Notes: generated from the letters alone by a model not told the origin. A stretch of 64,000 nucleotides of DNA from an uncultured Gemmatimonadota bacterium (GCA_951812955.1 OX638340.1:1664001-1728000), one strand, 5' to 3'. Counted from the stretch's first letter, positions 20,370-29,786 are shown. Made by a program: numbers and translations.

Positions 20370-20424
20370 AACGGTGAACTTTCATTCTAACGGTGGACTT
20401 TCATTCTAACGGTGGACTTCACTT
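20370..20424. repeat. 19-bp tandem repeat x3 (AACGGTGGACTTTCATTCT) between two Spy/CpxP-like genes
   Basis: Seen directly at 20370-20388, 20389-20407 and 20408-20424 (last copy degenerate). Confidence 0.75.
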
Positions 20425-21088
20425 AACGCCGGTCGCGGAATGATTCACGGCCTCCCCGGCGTCCGCGCATCCCGGAATCCCGGCGTCCGTCGCGCCGGTC
20501 GCGGAATGATTCGCGCAGCTCTTCCTGCTGTTCCGGTGTCAGCACGTTCTTGACCTCGGCGCGGAAGACGGCGCCTCGCTCGAACACGCTGCCCTGCGCC
20601 CTGGACACGGCCGCGGCCAGCTCTTTCACTTTTTCCAGGTCCGGGCTGGTCTCGCCCATCAACTCGTTCAGATCAATCCGTGCGAGCCTCGAATCGGCGC
20701 GAAGCTGGACCATGTCCCGTGCATACGCTGAACGCAGCGTGCTGATCTGTTCCTGTTGCTCGTCTGTGAGTTCGATATTGTTCAATGCCCTGCGGGACAG
20801 GTCGTTCCCGCGCGACCGGTCGTTCCCGCGGGACCTGCCGGTACGTGCTGCGTCGTTATCGGCAAGATTGTGGTCCAGGGCGTCGGCGAACTCTCCCGCT
20901 GATCCTGATTCCGCGAACTCGGCAATTAGCTCGAATTCGGATTCTGCCTCGTGCTCCGCGCCCGCCGTGGCGGCTTCGTGATGGCCGCCGCCCTCATTAT
21001 GACTGATCTTTCCCGCAGCATCGAAAGCCCAGGCCAGAACGGCCACGGACAGCGTGCCTGCGAAGATTCCTGTAATCATCTTTTTCAT
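20423..21088 (-). CDS. Spy/CpxP-family periplasmic protein
   Basis: Signal peptide MKKMITGIFAGTLSVAVLAWA. Two clear LTXXQ motifs (LTDEQQEQI, LTPEQQEEL). AGGAG ribosome-binding site. Arg/Asp-rich repetitive tail. Confidence 0.7.
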   Translation of the reverse strand: MKKMITGIFAGTLSVAVLAWAFDAAGKISHNEGGGHHEAATAGAEHEAESEFELIAEFAESGSAGEFADALDHNLADNDAARTGRSRGNDRSRGNDLSRRALNNIELTDEQQEQISTLRSAYARDMVQLRADSRLARIDLNELMGETSPDLEKVKELAAAVSRAQGSVFERGAVFRAEVKNVLTPEQQEELRESFRDRRDGRRDSGMRGRRGGRESFRDRR

Positions 21089-21163
21089 GCTGTAGCTCCT
21101 TTCGAAATACACCCTGACTGAAATGGTCGCGATCTCCGGAGACCGTTTTCGTGCTTCTCTACA

Positions 21164-21195
21164 TGATTAGACTGGAATCGACGGAGTTTTATTCC
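21164..21195 (-). promoter_or_regulatory. putative ECF-sigma-type promoter (GGAATAAAA-N15-TCTAATCA) about 75 nt upstream of the Spy/CpxP-like gene at 20423-21088
   Basis: A minus-strand motif identical to the one upstream of the ECF sigma gene (22851-22882). The -35-like GGAAT and -10-like TCTAA elements are at ECF-typical spacing. Confidence 0.5.
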
Positions 21196-21286
21196 CTTTT
21201 TCTTTCGATTGCCTTTTCTTCTCATCTCCTATACCGGGCCCGGCATCCACAGCCGATCCCCAAGCCCGTTCCGGCGGCTCGAAGTT

Positions 21287-21766
21287 TTAATCGCCGTTGT
21301 TTCTCCGGTGCTCATCCGTCCGATCGTTCTCGTGGCTGCCGGATCCGTTACGTCCACCCGGCCTGTTGCGCTCCCGGCGCAAGTCGGGACCACCTTCCCG
21401 GCGGAACTCACGGGCGCGTTCGCGGCGCTGGCGGATACTCTTTATCCGCTCCAGCTGCCTTTCGGTGAGGATGGGTTCCAGGTCCCGATGCAACGAATCG
21501 ACCAGGGTCTGCATCTCGCGCCGGTGACGCATGTAATTCTCCCGGAATCCCGGTTCGTGTTCACCCACCACTTCCCTGATCCTTCGTATCTGCTCCTGGT
21601 CCGGACGCACCATTCTGACCCAGCGATCCACGAAGCGTTCCCGGGTCATCTGGGGCGGCGGCTGCAGGCGGTCCCGGGCGAAGGCGCCCAGGATCAACGC
21701 ACCGCATACCATGCCGATGATCAGCGTGGCCAGCAGAATGGCCGCGGTCTTCAAGTGGATGTTCAT
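21287..21766 (-). CDS. membrane-anchored periplasmic LTXXQ-motif protein (CpxP/Spy/ZraP-like)
   Basis: N-terminal TM anchor. LTERQLERI and PDQEQIRRI motifs. Its start overlaps the anti-sigma stop by 4 nt, so it sits in an operon with sigma and anti-sigma. Confidence 0.6.
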   Translation of the reverse strand: MNIHLKTAAILLATLIIGMVCGALILGAFARDRLQPPPQMTRERFVDRWVRMVRPDQEQIRRIREVVGEHEPGFRENYMRHRREMQTLVDSLHRDLEPILTERQLERIKSIRQRRERAREFRREGGPDLRRERNRPGGRNGSGSHENDRTDEHRRNNGD

Positions 21767-22227
21767 AATGCGCCCTCCGTTTCCAGTGCGATCCGCGCGT
21801 CATAGAGGTCTTCAGGGTACAGTTCCTCGGTCAGGCCGAAGGAAGCCGTGAAGGAGACGTTTCCGGTCGTGGCCAGGTTGTAGGTCAACAGCAGCATAGC
21901 GGCGATGGACGCGGCCACCGCCATTCTACGGAACATGAGGGACAACGCAGTCTGGAAATCATGCGTTGCTTCGGCGGTGGAATTCGACACCGGACCGGCC
22001 GCGGACTCCGTCGCCAGACGCTCCATGACCCGGTCGGTGAAGCCCGCCTGGAACGCCGGCGACTCCTGGCCTTCGACGAGACCGCGCAGGTGCATCAATC
22101 GTTCGTATTCTTCCCGAAGGCCCTGGTCGCGCAGGAGCGCCGCGTCCAGGCGGCTTCGTTCACCGGGCGTCAGGGACGTATCGAGCGACCGGTACAGCAG
22201 GTCCAGCTCAGACCGTTTCATGGACAA
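21763..22227 (-). CDS. putative anti-sigma factor (single-pass membrane protein)
   Basis: Sits immediately downstream of the ECF sigma gene and overlaps it. About 150 aa with one predicted TM (MAVAASIAAMLLL). Confidence 0.5.
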   Translation of the reverse strand: MSMKRSELDLLYRSLDTSLTPGERSRLDAALLRDQGLREEYERLMHLRGLVEGQESPAFQAGFTDRVMERLATESAAGPVSNSTAEATHDFQTALSLMFRRMAVAASIAAMLLLTYNLATTGNVSFTASFGLTEELYPEDLYDARIALETEGAL

Positions 22228-22798
22228 GCTCCCTGTTGGAGTACAGAAGTAATCGTTTCAGCTTCTCCTGGGACCGCCTCAGACGGGAAAGGACCGTCCC
22301 GACGGGAATCCCCAGGATCTCGGCGGTTTCTTTCGTGGAATAGCCTTCCATCAGCCGGAGTACGATAACGGAACGGAATTCCGGTTTCAGTTCCTGCAGC
22401 GCCTGTTGAATCCGGTCGGCCGTGTCGTCGTATTCGGCGCTGGCCCGGGGGTCCGCATAATCCGCCTCCGGTTCGTTGCGGTCCCTGCCTGGCACGGCGA
22501 GGGGTACAATGATCGATCGGCGGCGACGTTTTCTGAGTTCGGAAATCGCCAGGTTGACGGCGATGCGAGTCAGGTAGGTGCCGACCGACGCCTGACCGCG
22601 GAACCCCCGGAGGCCGCGGTAAAAACGGATGAAGGTCTCCTGCCCCACGTCCTCCGCATCGGCGGTGTTCCCGAGCATGCGGATGACGACGGACGCCACG
22701 CGGTCCTTGTGACGTTCCACCAGTTCCCGGAAGGCATCTTCGCTTCCGTCGCGGGCGGCGTCGACCAATGCGGCGTCTTTCAAGGCGTCTTCCCTCAT
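22208..22798 (-). CDS. RNA polymerase ECF (sigma-70 family) sigma factor
   Basis: Sigma-70 region 2 (ETFIRFYRGLRGF) and region 4 (SVIVLRLMEGYSTKETAEILGIPVGTVLSRLRR). Start set at ATG 22798 (GAGGGAG ribosome-binding site), downstream of the promoter motif. Confidence 0.85.
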   Translation of the reverse strand: MREDALKDAALVDAARDGSEDAFRELVERHKDRVASVVIRMLGNTADAEDVGQETFIRFYRGLRGFRGQASVGTYLTRIAVNLAISELRKRRRRSIIVPLAVPGRDRNEPEADYADPRASAEYDDTADRIQQALQELKPEFRSVIVLRLMEGYSTKETAEILGIPVGTVLSRLRRSQEKLKRLLLYSNRELVHETV

Positions 22799-22850
22799 CC
22801 CGTCTCCCTCGAATAACCGTTTTCCGGTCAAGTCCGATTCCGCTGCCTAC

Positions 22851-22882
22851 TGATTAGACCCCGCCGGCGCCGATTTTATTCC
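22851..22882 (-). promoter_or_regulatory. putative autoregulated ECF promoter (GGAATAAAA-N15-TCTAATCA) upstream of the sigma / anti-sigma / LTXXQ operon
   Basis: Same motif and spacing as at 21164-21195. Confidence 0.5.
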
Positions 22883-22974
22883 CACAAAATCGAGAACCCA
22901 TGTTATTTCTATTGCAAAGAACCTGGCCGTACTTACCGGTATGTTCATAGTCGCGTTGTGAAAGGAGGCTTCTG

Positions 22975-23550
22975 GTGCGGGGCGTATGTCTAGCAATCGC
23001 GTGGCTGTTCTCGCCGCTGTTGGCCGAAGGTCAGGCAAATGCCCGGTTAGGCGGTGGACCCGGCATGCCTGTCGGCGACCTGTCGGACGGTACAGAAGCT
23101 GCAGGCTCTTCATTTCTGGTCGGCGTGGCTATTCCTGTCGACGTTGGTTACTTCCTGCTGCTTGAGGGTCATCACAGTCGTTTCGGAATTAACGAGGAGG
23201 AGCTTCCAGATACGAATGAGCGGGTGAATCCAGATGCCGACATAAAGCTGACGGGCGGCAACGTGGGACTGCTGATTCAGGGCGTGGCGGATCCCGTGGG
23301 ATTCTATGGCCACGGGGGCGTGGGATGGGCCAGAGGTACGGGTAATGGCGAACGCTCTAACGAGGGTGAAGACGCGCGCTTTAATTCGGGCGATAACTCG
23401 TTCATGTTTGTATTTGGTCTCGGGGTCAACTTGACGGTCAGCGACCACGTGAGGCTGTCACTGGAGGCCAGGTACAACCATGCGTTCGATGTGTTCGATG
23501 AAAGTGCCCGGTGGATACCCGTTACCGCCTCCGTGGTGATTCAACTGTAG
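22975..23550 (+). CDS. outer-membrane beta-barrel protein (OmpW/OmpA-like barrel)
   Basis: GTG start preceded by an AAAGGAGG ribosome-binding site. Signal peptide. Alternating amphipathic beta strands with Gly-rich loops. Confidence 0.55.
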   Translation: MRGVCLAIAWLFSPLLAEGQANARLGGGPGMPVGDLSDGTEAAGSSFLVGVAIPVDVGYFLLLEGHHSRFGINEEELPDTNERVNPDADIKLTGGNVGLLIQGVADPVGFYGHGGVGWARGTGNGERSNEGEDARFNSGDNSFMFVFGLGVNLTVSDHVRLSLEARYNHAFDVFDESARWIPVTASVVIQL

Positions 23551-23675
23551 CCCTGGGATGTCAAAGATAATGAAACACAGGAGCCATCTTTAAATATATT
23601 GACTTTGAATGGACGAATCATCACAGTTGGAGACAGTTTCCCGTTCGCGGAATACACCCTGACAAGCGTGGTATA

Positions 23676-24149
23676 ATGGCTTTCGATCACATGGATCAAC
23701 GGCGGATCATGGGGCATTTCGCGACCGGCGTGACCGTCGTAACCACCTGGCATGAAAATAAACCCCAGGGCATGACCGCAAACGCGGTGGCTTCGCTTTC
23801 TCTTGACCCTCCACTCGTCCTCGTATCGGTGGACGTCAAGGCCCAGATGAACGGCTGTCTCAAGGAAAGCAACTGCTTCGCCGTCAACATACTGACAGAG
23901 GCACAGGAAGCATGGTCCGTACGATTCGCTAAACACGGTCCGAAGGATTTCTCAGACATCGATTACCGTACCGAAACCACAGGCTCCCCCGTTCTCGAGC
24001 AGGCACTGGCCTATGTCGACTGCAGGGTCAAGGATATACTGCCGGGGGGGGACCACGACATCTTCATCGGCGAGATTGTAGCGGGAGGCGCCCGGGAAGG
24101 GCGCCCGCTGGTCTTCTACGGCGGTCAGTACGGCAGTCTTTCCGGCTGA
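23676..24149 (+). CDS. flavin reductase family protein (FMN-binding split barrel)
   Basis: Flavin-reductase motifs (FATGVTVVTT, GMTANAVASLSLDPPLVLVSV, DHDIFIGEIV). Confidence 0.8.
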   Translation: MAFDHMDQRRIMGHFATGVTVVTTWHENKPQGMTANAVASLSLDPPLVLVSVDVKAQMNGCLKESNCFAVNILTEAQEAWSVRFAKHGPKDFSDIDYRTETTGSPVLEQALAYVDCRVKDILPGGDHDIFIGEIVAGGAREGRPLVFYGGQYGSLSG

Positions 24150-24195
24150 AACGCAACTGCTACTGTTCCGCCGACCCGTTTAATCCGGAGCGTTC

Positions 24196-25839
24196 ATGCA
24201 ATACGGTTTCATCATCGACAACAGGAAATGTATCGGGTGCCACGCCTGCACCGTCGCGTGCAAGGCCGAGCACGAGGTGCCCCTCGGCGTCAACCGGACC
24301 TGGGTGAAATACATCGAGAAGGGGACCTATCCGAACACGACCAGGCATTTCTCGGTCATGCGGTGCAATCACTGCGAGGACGCCCCCTGCGTGGAGATCT
24401 GCCCGGTGACGGCGCTGTATACGCGGAAAGACGGCATCGTGGATTTCGATCCACGCAGATGCATCGGATGCAAGGGCTGCATGCAGGCCTGCCCGTACGA
24501 CGCGCTCTACATCGACCCGGACACCCATACGGCGGCAAAGTGCAACTACTGCGCCCATCGGGTGGATATCGGCCTCGAACCCGCCTGCGTGAACGTCTGC
24601 CCTGAACACGCCATCATATCCGGCGACATGGACGATGATTCCACGGAGATCGCCCAGTTGCTCGCGAAGGAACAGGTGACGGTCCGCAAGGTGGAAAAGG
24701 ACACGAAACCCCGCCTGTACTATATCGACGGCGACGAAGCCTCGTTGACGCCCGGGGAAACCGCGACGTCCGACAATTACATGTGGAGCTCACAATCGGA
24801 CGGCGTGGGCCACTTCGCAAGATACATCGAGGAAAGGACCGCCCGCGCGAATCCGGAGGACATGGTCAGACAGCTTGGTGGGGAGAACCAGGGCGGACAG
24901 GTTGGCGGCGGGCAAGATGGCGCCGGCGTACGCGGCGAACAAGATAGCGACAAAGATGAGAGATCCGGCAAAGGCGCCGCGGCGCGCAGGGTCTACGACG
25001 CGCCGGACAAGGGCGTGCTGTGGGGAAACGACGTAGCCGCATACGTTTGGACCAAGGCCATCTCGGCGGGTGCTTTCCTCCTTCCCTTCGCGGCCTCGGT
25101 CCTGGGCATGACGATAGATCCTTTTCTTTCCTGGTTCGGAAGTACCATCGCCCTGACCTTTCTCCTGGCCACGACGATCCTCCTGGTGAGCGATCTGACC
25201 CAGCCCAGACGATTTCTCTATGTACTGCTCCGTCCTCAGTGGAAATCCTGGCTCGTGCTCGGAGGCTACGCGTTGACCCTCTACGGGCTGGCGCTCACGC
25301 TGTGGGCCGTGGCAATGTGGACCGGCCGAACCGGGGCTGCCGAAATCATCGGCTGGATCGCGGCCGTACTGGCGGTCCTTACGGCTGTATATACGGCCTT
25401 TCTATTCGCCCAGGCCAAAGGACGGGATTTCTGGCAAAGCCCCACGCTCGTCCTGCACATGCTGCTCCACGCGGTGCTCGCCGGCGCGGGGGTTTTCGCT
25501 ATCGCGCTTCTGTTCAGTGCGTCGGGCGAAGCGTGGACCGCCTTCGTCCGGAATACGCTGATCGTCGCCATCATCCTGAACCTGCTCGTAATCGCATCTG
25601 AAATGCTGACCCCCCATCCGACCGCCGACGCGCGGAAAGCCGTGCAGGCCATCGTCCGCGGCCGGTACCGGGGGTATTTCTGGATCCTGGGCATCGCCCT
25701 GGGCAACATAGCGCCCGTCGTACTGGCCTGGGCCGGTGGCGAAACGATGCTCGCCGCGGCCGGCGTGGGCGTGCTGATCGGCCTGTACGCGACCGAGTAC
25801 GTCTGGGTCAGGGCGCCGCAGGACATACCGCTGAGTTGA
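24196..25839 (+). CDS. fusion protein: 4Fe-4S dicluster ferredoxin domain (DmsB/PsrB-like) plus NrfD/PsrC-like 8-TM membrane anchor
   Basis: N-terminal domain has four Cys clusters (CIGCHACTVAC, CNHCEDAPCVEICP, CIGCKGCMQACP, CNYCAHRVDIGLEPACVNVCP). Gly-rich linker. Eight predicted TM helices in the C-terminal ~280 aa. Confidence 0.75.
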   Translation: MQYGFIIDNRKCIGCHACTVACKAEHEVPLGVNRTWVKYIEKGTYPNTTRHFSVMRCNHCEDAPCVEICPVTALYTRKDGIVDFDPRRCIGCKGCMQACPYDALYIDPDTHTAAKCNYCAHRVDIGLEPACVNVCPEHAIISGDMDDDSTEIAQLLAKEQVTVRKVEKDTKPRLYYIDGDEASLTPGETATSDNYMWSSQSDGVGHFARYIEERTARANPEDMVRQLGGENQGGQVGGGQDGAGVRGEQDSDKDERSGKGAAARRVYDAPDKGVLWGNDVAAYVWTKAISAGAFLLPFAASVLGMTIDPFLSWFGSTIALTFLLATTILLVSDLTQPRRFLYVLLRPQWKSWLVLGGYALTLYGLALTLWAVAMWTGRTGAAEIIGWIAAVLAVLTAVYTAFLFAQAKGRDFWQSPTLVLHMLLHAVLAGAGVFAIALLFSASGEAWTAFVRNTLIVAIILNLLVIASEMLTPHPTADARKAVQAIVRGRYRGYFWILGIALGNIAPVVLAWAGGETMLAAAGVGVLIGLYATEYVWVRAPQDIPLS

Positions 25840-26009
25840 GTAGGACTTACCGCTGAGTTAAGAAGGACATAGCACCGAGCTGACATAAACGCTGCCTGGC
25901 CCGTTCCGGGAATCGGCACGGCCGGAAACTGCCCCGGGTTCGACGACATTCCACTGCCGCGGGCTCGACGACACAATGAAGGAAGACACAGCAGACAGGA
26001 ATCACCAAC

Positions 26010-28871
26010 ATGTCCATACGCCATAAACCGGGACTGATCGAATCGCTGGCCGAGAAAGTCGGCCTGATTCCCAACCTGCACGAAGAGGACGGACCGGATC
26101 TGCCCAGTCTCACCGAAGGCGGCGCGCTCACGGACTATCCGCCCCCTGACCAGTGGGACGACTGGGTGGAGTACGAGGCGCAGGACTGGCCGAAACAACA
26201 GGCCAAACACTACATGGTGGTGCCGACGGCCTGCTTCAACTGCGAGGCCGGGTGCGGACTCCTCAGCTACGTCGACAAGGAGACGATGGAAGTCCGCAAG
26301 TTCGAGGGGAACCCCTACCATCCCGCCAGCCGGGGACGCAATTGCGCCAAGGGTCCAGCGACCATAAACCAGATCCGTGACACGGACCGCATACTATACC
26401 CCATGCGCCGGTCCGGCGCCCGGGGAAGCGGGGAGTGGGAGCAGGTGTCCTGGGATACGGTGCTGGACGACATCGCGGCCCGGATACGGGAGCGGCTGCA
26501 ACAGGGCGCGAACAACGAAATCGCCTATCACGTGGGCCGGCCCGGGGCCGAAGGCTACATCGACCGCGTGCTCAAGGCCTGGGGCGTCGACGGGCACAAC
26601 AGCCACACCAACATCTGCTCGTCGGGCGCCCGCTTCGGCTACGCCCTATGGCATTTCTTCGACCGGCCGTCGCCCGACCACGCCAATGCGCGGTTTATCC
26701 TGCTGATCAGCGCTCACCTGGAATCGGGGCACTACTTCAATCCCCACGCACAGCGGATCATCGAGGGCATGATGAACGGCGCGAAGCTTGCCGTCATGGA
26801 CCCGAGACTGTCCAATACGGCCAGCATGGCCGACCACTGGTTGCCCACCTATCCCGGCAGCGAGGCCGCGGTATTGCTGGCCATGGCCAACGTCATCCTG
26901 CAGGACGGCCTTTACGATGCGGAGTTCATGAAGACGTGGGTGAACTGGCAGACCTACCTGGAGAAGGAACACCCGGAAGCACCGCGCACCTTCGATCGGT
27001 TCATCGAAGCGCTCAAGTCGGTCTACAGCGAGTACACGCCCGAGTTCGCCGAACAGGAGAGCGGCGTGCCGGCTGCCCAGATTGCCGAGATCGGCCGCGA
27101 GATCGGCCGGGCGGGATCGCGGTTCGCCACCCACAACTGGCGCAGCGCGGGTAGCGGAAACGCCGGCGGCTGGGCCGTGGCCCGCTGCCTCCACTTCCTG
27201 AACGTACTCACCGGCAGCGTGGGCACGGAGGGTGGGACCTCGCCGAGCGGGTGGAACAAGTTCAAACCCAACGTATTCGACCATCCCCCGGATCAGAAGT
27301 TTTGGAACGAACTGCATTTCCCGAAGGAATACCCCCTCTCCCACTACGAGATGAGTTTTCTCCTCCCCCATTTCCTGAAAGAAGGACGGGGGAAGCTGGC
27401 TGTCTACTTCACCCGGGTGTTCAATCCCGTGTGGACGTACCCGGACGGGTTTACCTGGGTCGAAGCGCTCCGCGATGAGGAGAAGGTCGGGCTGCACGCG
27501 GCCCTGACGCCTACGTGGAACGAGACCGCCTTTTTCGCCGACTACGTACTGCCCATGGGCCACGCCAGCGAACGCCACGACATTATCAGCTACGAGACCC
27601 ACTCGGGCACCTGGATCGGTTTCCGCCAGCCCGTCCTGCGCGAGGCCCGGCGTCGCATGGGCGACCCGGTGGATTTCACCTACGAGGCGAACCCCGGCGA
27701 GGTATGGGAAGAGGACGAGTTCTGGATCGAGCTGTCCTGGCGCATCGATCCCGACGGCAGCCTGGGGATCAGGGACCACTTCATCTCGCCGTACAGGCCG
27801 GGTGAGAAAATCACCATCGACGAATACTACCGGTACATCTTCGACAACGTGGACGGACTGCCCGAGGCCGCCGCGAAAGAGGATCTTTCAACTCTGGATT
27901 ACATGCGAAAGTACGGCGCCTTCGAGGTGGAGAAGACGGCCTACGCGAAACATCTCAAGACACTGGACGACGAGGCCGTCGCGGGCGCTAAGGTCGATCC
28001 GGAGACCAATGCCCTGGTCGCAGGCGGCAAGACCGTGGGCGTGATGGTGGACGGCGCGCCGCGGGCGGGCTTCCCCACGCCGTCTCTGAAGCAGGAGTTC
28101 TATTCCCAGACCATGGTGGACTGGGGCTGGCCGGAGTACGCCATACCCACCTACATCAAGAGCCACGTGCATCCCGACGAACTCGACCGTGAGAACGGCG
28201 AGTACCCGCTGGTGCCCACCTTCAGGCTGCCCACACTGATCCACTCGCGGTCCGGCAACGCCAAGTGGCTCAACGAGATCTCCAACCGCAATCCCGTGTG
28301 GATGCACCGGCGGGACGCCGAAAAGATGGGCATTGGCACGGACGACCTGGTCCGGGTGACCACCGAAATCGGCCATTTCGTCGACCGCGTCTGGGTCACC
28401 GAGTCCATGAAACCCGGAGTCGTCGCCTGCTCCCACCATCTCGGGCGCTGGCGGCGCAAACAGGACGCGGACGGAAACCGCTGGTCGGTGAACCTGGTGG
28501 ATATCCAGGAAGAGGACGGCGGGAAGTGGCGCATGCGTGTGATGGACGGAATCAGACCCTATGAAAGCGCAGACCGCGACTCCTCGCGCATCTTCTGGCG
28601 GGACGGCGGCGTGCACCAGAACATCACCTTCCCCGTGCACCCAGATCCCGTGAGCGGCATGCACTGCTGGCACCAGAAGGTCAAAGTGGAAAAGGCCCGC
28701 GAAGAGGACGCCTACGGGGACGTGATGGTGGATACGGAGAAGTCCTTCGAAGTCTACCGCGCATGGCTGGACCAGACCCGGCCCGCGCCAGGTCCGGGCG
28801 GCCTGCGCCGTCCCCTCTGGTTCAACCGACCCCTGCGTCCGGCCGAAGAGACCTTCTACCTGCCTGAATAG
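26010..28871 (+). CDS. molybdopterin oxidoreductase catalytic subunit (DMSO-reductase family, Psr/Phs/Ttr/Soe-like), no Tat signal
   Basis: N-terminal FeS motif C-x2-C-x3-C-x33-C (CFNCEAGCG...CAKG). 953 aa. An in-frame TGA sits 33 nt upstream of the ATG, so an N-terminal twin-arginine extension is not possible. Confidence 0.85.
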   Translation: MSIRHKPGLIESLAEKVGLIPNLHEEDGPDLPSLTEGGALTDYPPPDQWDDWVEYEAQDWPKQQAKHYMVVPTACFNCEAGCGLLSYVDKETMEVRKFEGNPYHPASRGRNCAKGPATINQIRDTDRILYPMRRSGARGSGEWEQVSWDTVLDDIAARIRERLQQGANNEIAYHVGRPGAEGYIDRVLKAWGVDGHNSHTNICSSGARFGYALWHFFDRPSPDHANARFILLISAHLESGHYFNPHAQRIIEGMMNGAKLAVMDPRLSNTASMADHWLPTYPGSEAAVLLAMANVILQDGLYDAEFMKTWVNWQTYLEKEHPEAPRTFDRFIEALKSVYSEYTPEFAEQESGVPAAQIAEIGREIGRAGSRFATHNWRSAGSGNAGGWAVARCLHFLNVLTGSVGTEGGTSPSGWNKFKPNVFDHPPDQKFWNELHFPKEYPLSHYEMSFLLPHFLKEGRGKLAVYFTRVFNPVWTYPDGFTWVEALRDEEKVGLHAALTPTWNETAFFADYVLPMGHASERHDIISYETHSGTWIGFRQPVLREARRRMGDPVDFTYEANPGEVWEEDEFWIELSWRIDPDGSLGIRDHFISPYRPGEKITIDEYYRYIFDNVDGLPEAAAKEDLSTLDYMRKYGAFEVEKTAYAKHLKTLDDEAVAGAKVDPETNALVAGGKTVGVMVDGAPRAGFPTPSLKQEFYSQTMVDWGWPEYAIPTYIKSHVHPDELDRENGEYPLVPTFRLPTLIHSRSGNAKWLNEISNRNPVWMHRRDAEKMGIGTDDLVRVTTEIGHFVDRVWVTESMKPGVVACSHHLGRWRRKQDADGNRWSVNLVDIQEEDGGKWRMRVMDGIRPYESADRDSSRIFWRDGGVHQNITFPVHPDPVSGMHCWHQKVKVEKAREEDAYGDVMVDTEKSFEVYRAWLDQTRPAPGPGGLRRPLWFNRPLRPAEETFYLPE

Positions 28872-28872
28872 T

Positions 28873-29742
28873 TCAGACCGTATCTCCCCGCAGGATGTCC
28901 CGGACGGCGGAGCACACCGCCTCGTCGGCATCCGGCATGGCACCGGTGCGCGACGCCACCCAGGCGCCGAGCCGGTTGGCGGCTTCGCTGACGCGTGCAA
29001 GCGGCACGCCACGCAGGAGGCCAGTTGCCAAAACCGCGGTGAAGGCGTCTCCGGCTCCGATGGTATCGACTACGTCCGCCGGGACACCCGGGTGGCCCAC
29101 GGTCTCAGACGAGGTAACCAGCAGGCTGCCTTCGGAGCCACGGGTGACGCAGACCAGATCCAGTTCGTAGGCCTTCAGCAACCGCCGGGCCATGGACTCG
29201 AGACCGGCATCCCCGAGGTCCAGCAGGGGACAGACGGTGCGCAGTTCTTCGTCGTTCAGCTTGACTGCGTGAGCACGCTGGAAAGAATCGTGCAGCAGGG
29301 CCGGAGAGTAACGGTCCTGCCTGAGGTTCACGTCGAAGAGCCGCAGGGCGGAGGGCCGCAGGGCGTCGAGAAACGCCGTGACGGCGGCGGTCGATTCCGC
29401 TTCATGCCGGGACACCGTCCCGAAGCATACGGCGTCCGAACGCGCGGCCAGCGCGGACCATTCGGGCGTCCACGCCATGTGCTCCCAGGCGACGACGCCG
29501 TTGATCGTGAAATCCGGCTGTCCGTCCGCCCCAATAGTTACGCCGACCGTCCCGGTGGGATGGGCGTCGTCCCGCTGAATCGCTGCGGTGGACAGCCCCT
29601 TGCCGGTAATGCGGTTCACGGCTTCGTTGCCGAGGTCATCCTGTCCGACCCGGCTCGCGACGATCCCCTCTTCGCCCAGGAGTGACGCGAAATAGGCGAA
29701 GTTCGCCGGGGCGCCGCCGAGTTGGGAACCCGACGGCAGCAA
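28873..29742 (-). CDS. PfkB-family sugar kinase (fructokinase / KDG-kinase-like)
   Basis: GG motif GGAPANFA and the C-terminal GAGDAF anion hole. PfkB N-terminal homology (KDRYVIVGLGELLWD) continues in frame upstream of the first canonical start up to the neighbouring gene's stop, so the start is uncertain. Confidence 0.65.
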   Translation of the reverse strand: MLPSGSQLGGAPANFAYFASLLGEEGIVASRVGQDDLGNEAVNRITGKGLSTAAIQRDDAHPTGTVGVTIGADGQPDFTINGVVAWEHMAWTPEWSALAARSDAVCFGTVSRHEAESTAAVTAFLDALRPSALRLFDVNLRQDRYSPALLHDSFQRAHAVKLNDEELRTVCPLLDLGDAGLESMARRLLKAYELDLVCVTRGSEGSLLVTSSETVGHPGVPADVVDTIGAGDAFTAVLATGLLRGVPLARVSEAANRLGAWVASRTGAMPDADEAVCSAVRDILRGDTV

Positions 29743-29786
29743 GTCCCACAGCAGTTCGCCCAGGCCGACGATAACGTAGCGGTCTT

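Noticed and set aside
22799-22831. Longer N-terminus for the ECF sigma factor (start at 22831)
   Set aside because: The conserved promoter motif lies downstream of that codon, and the internal ATG at 22798 has a good ribosome-binding site, so the shorter form is preferred.
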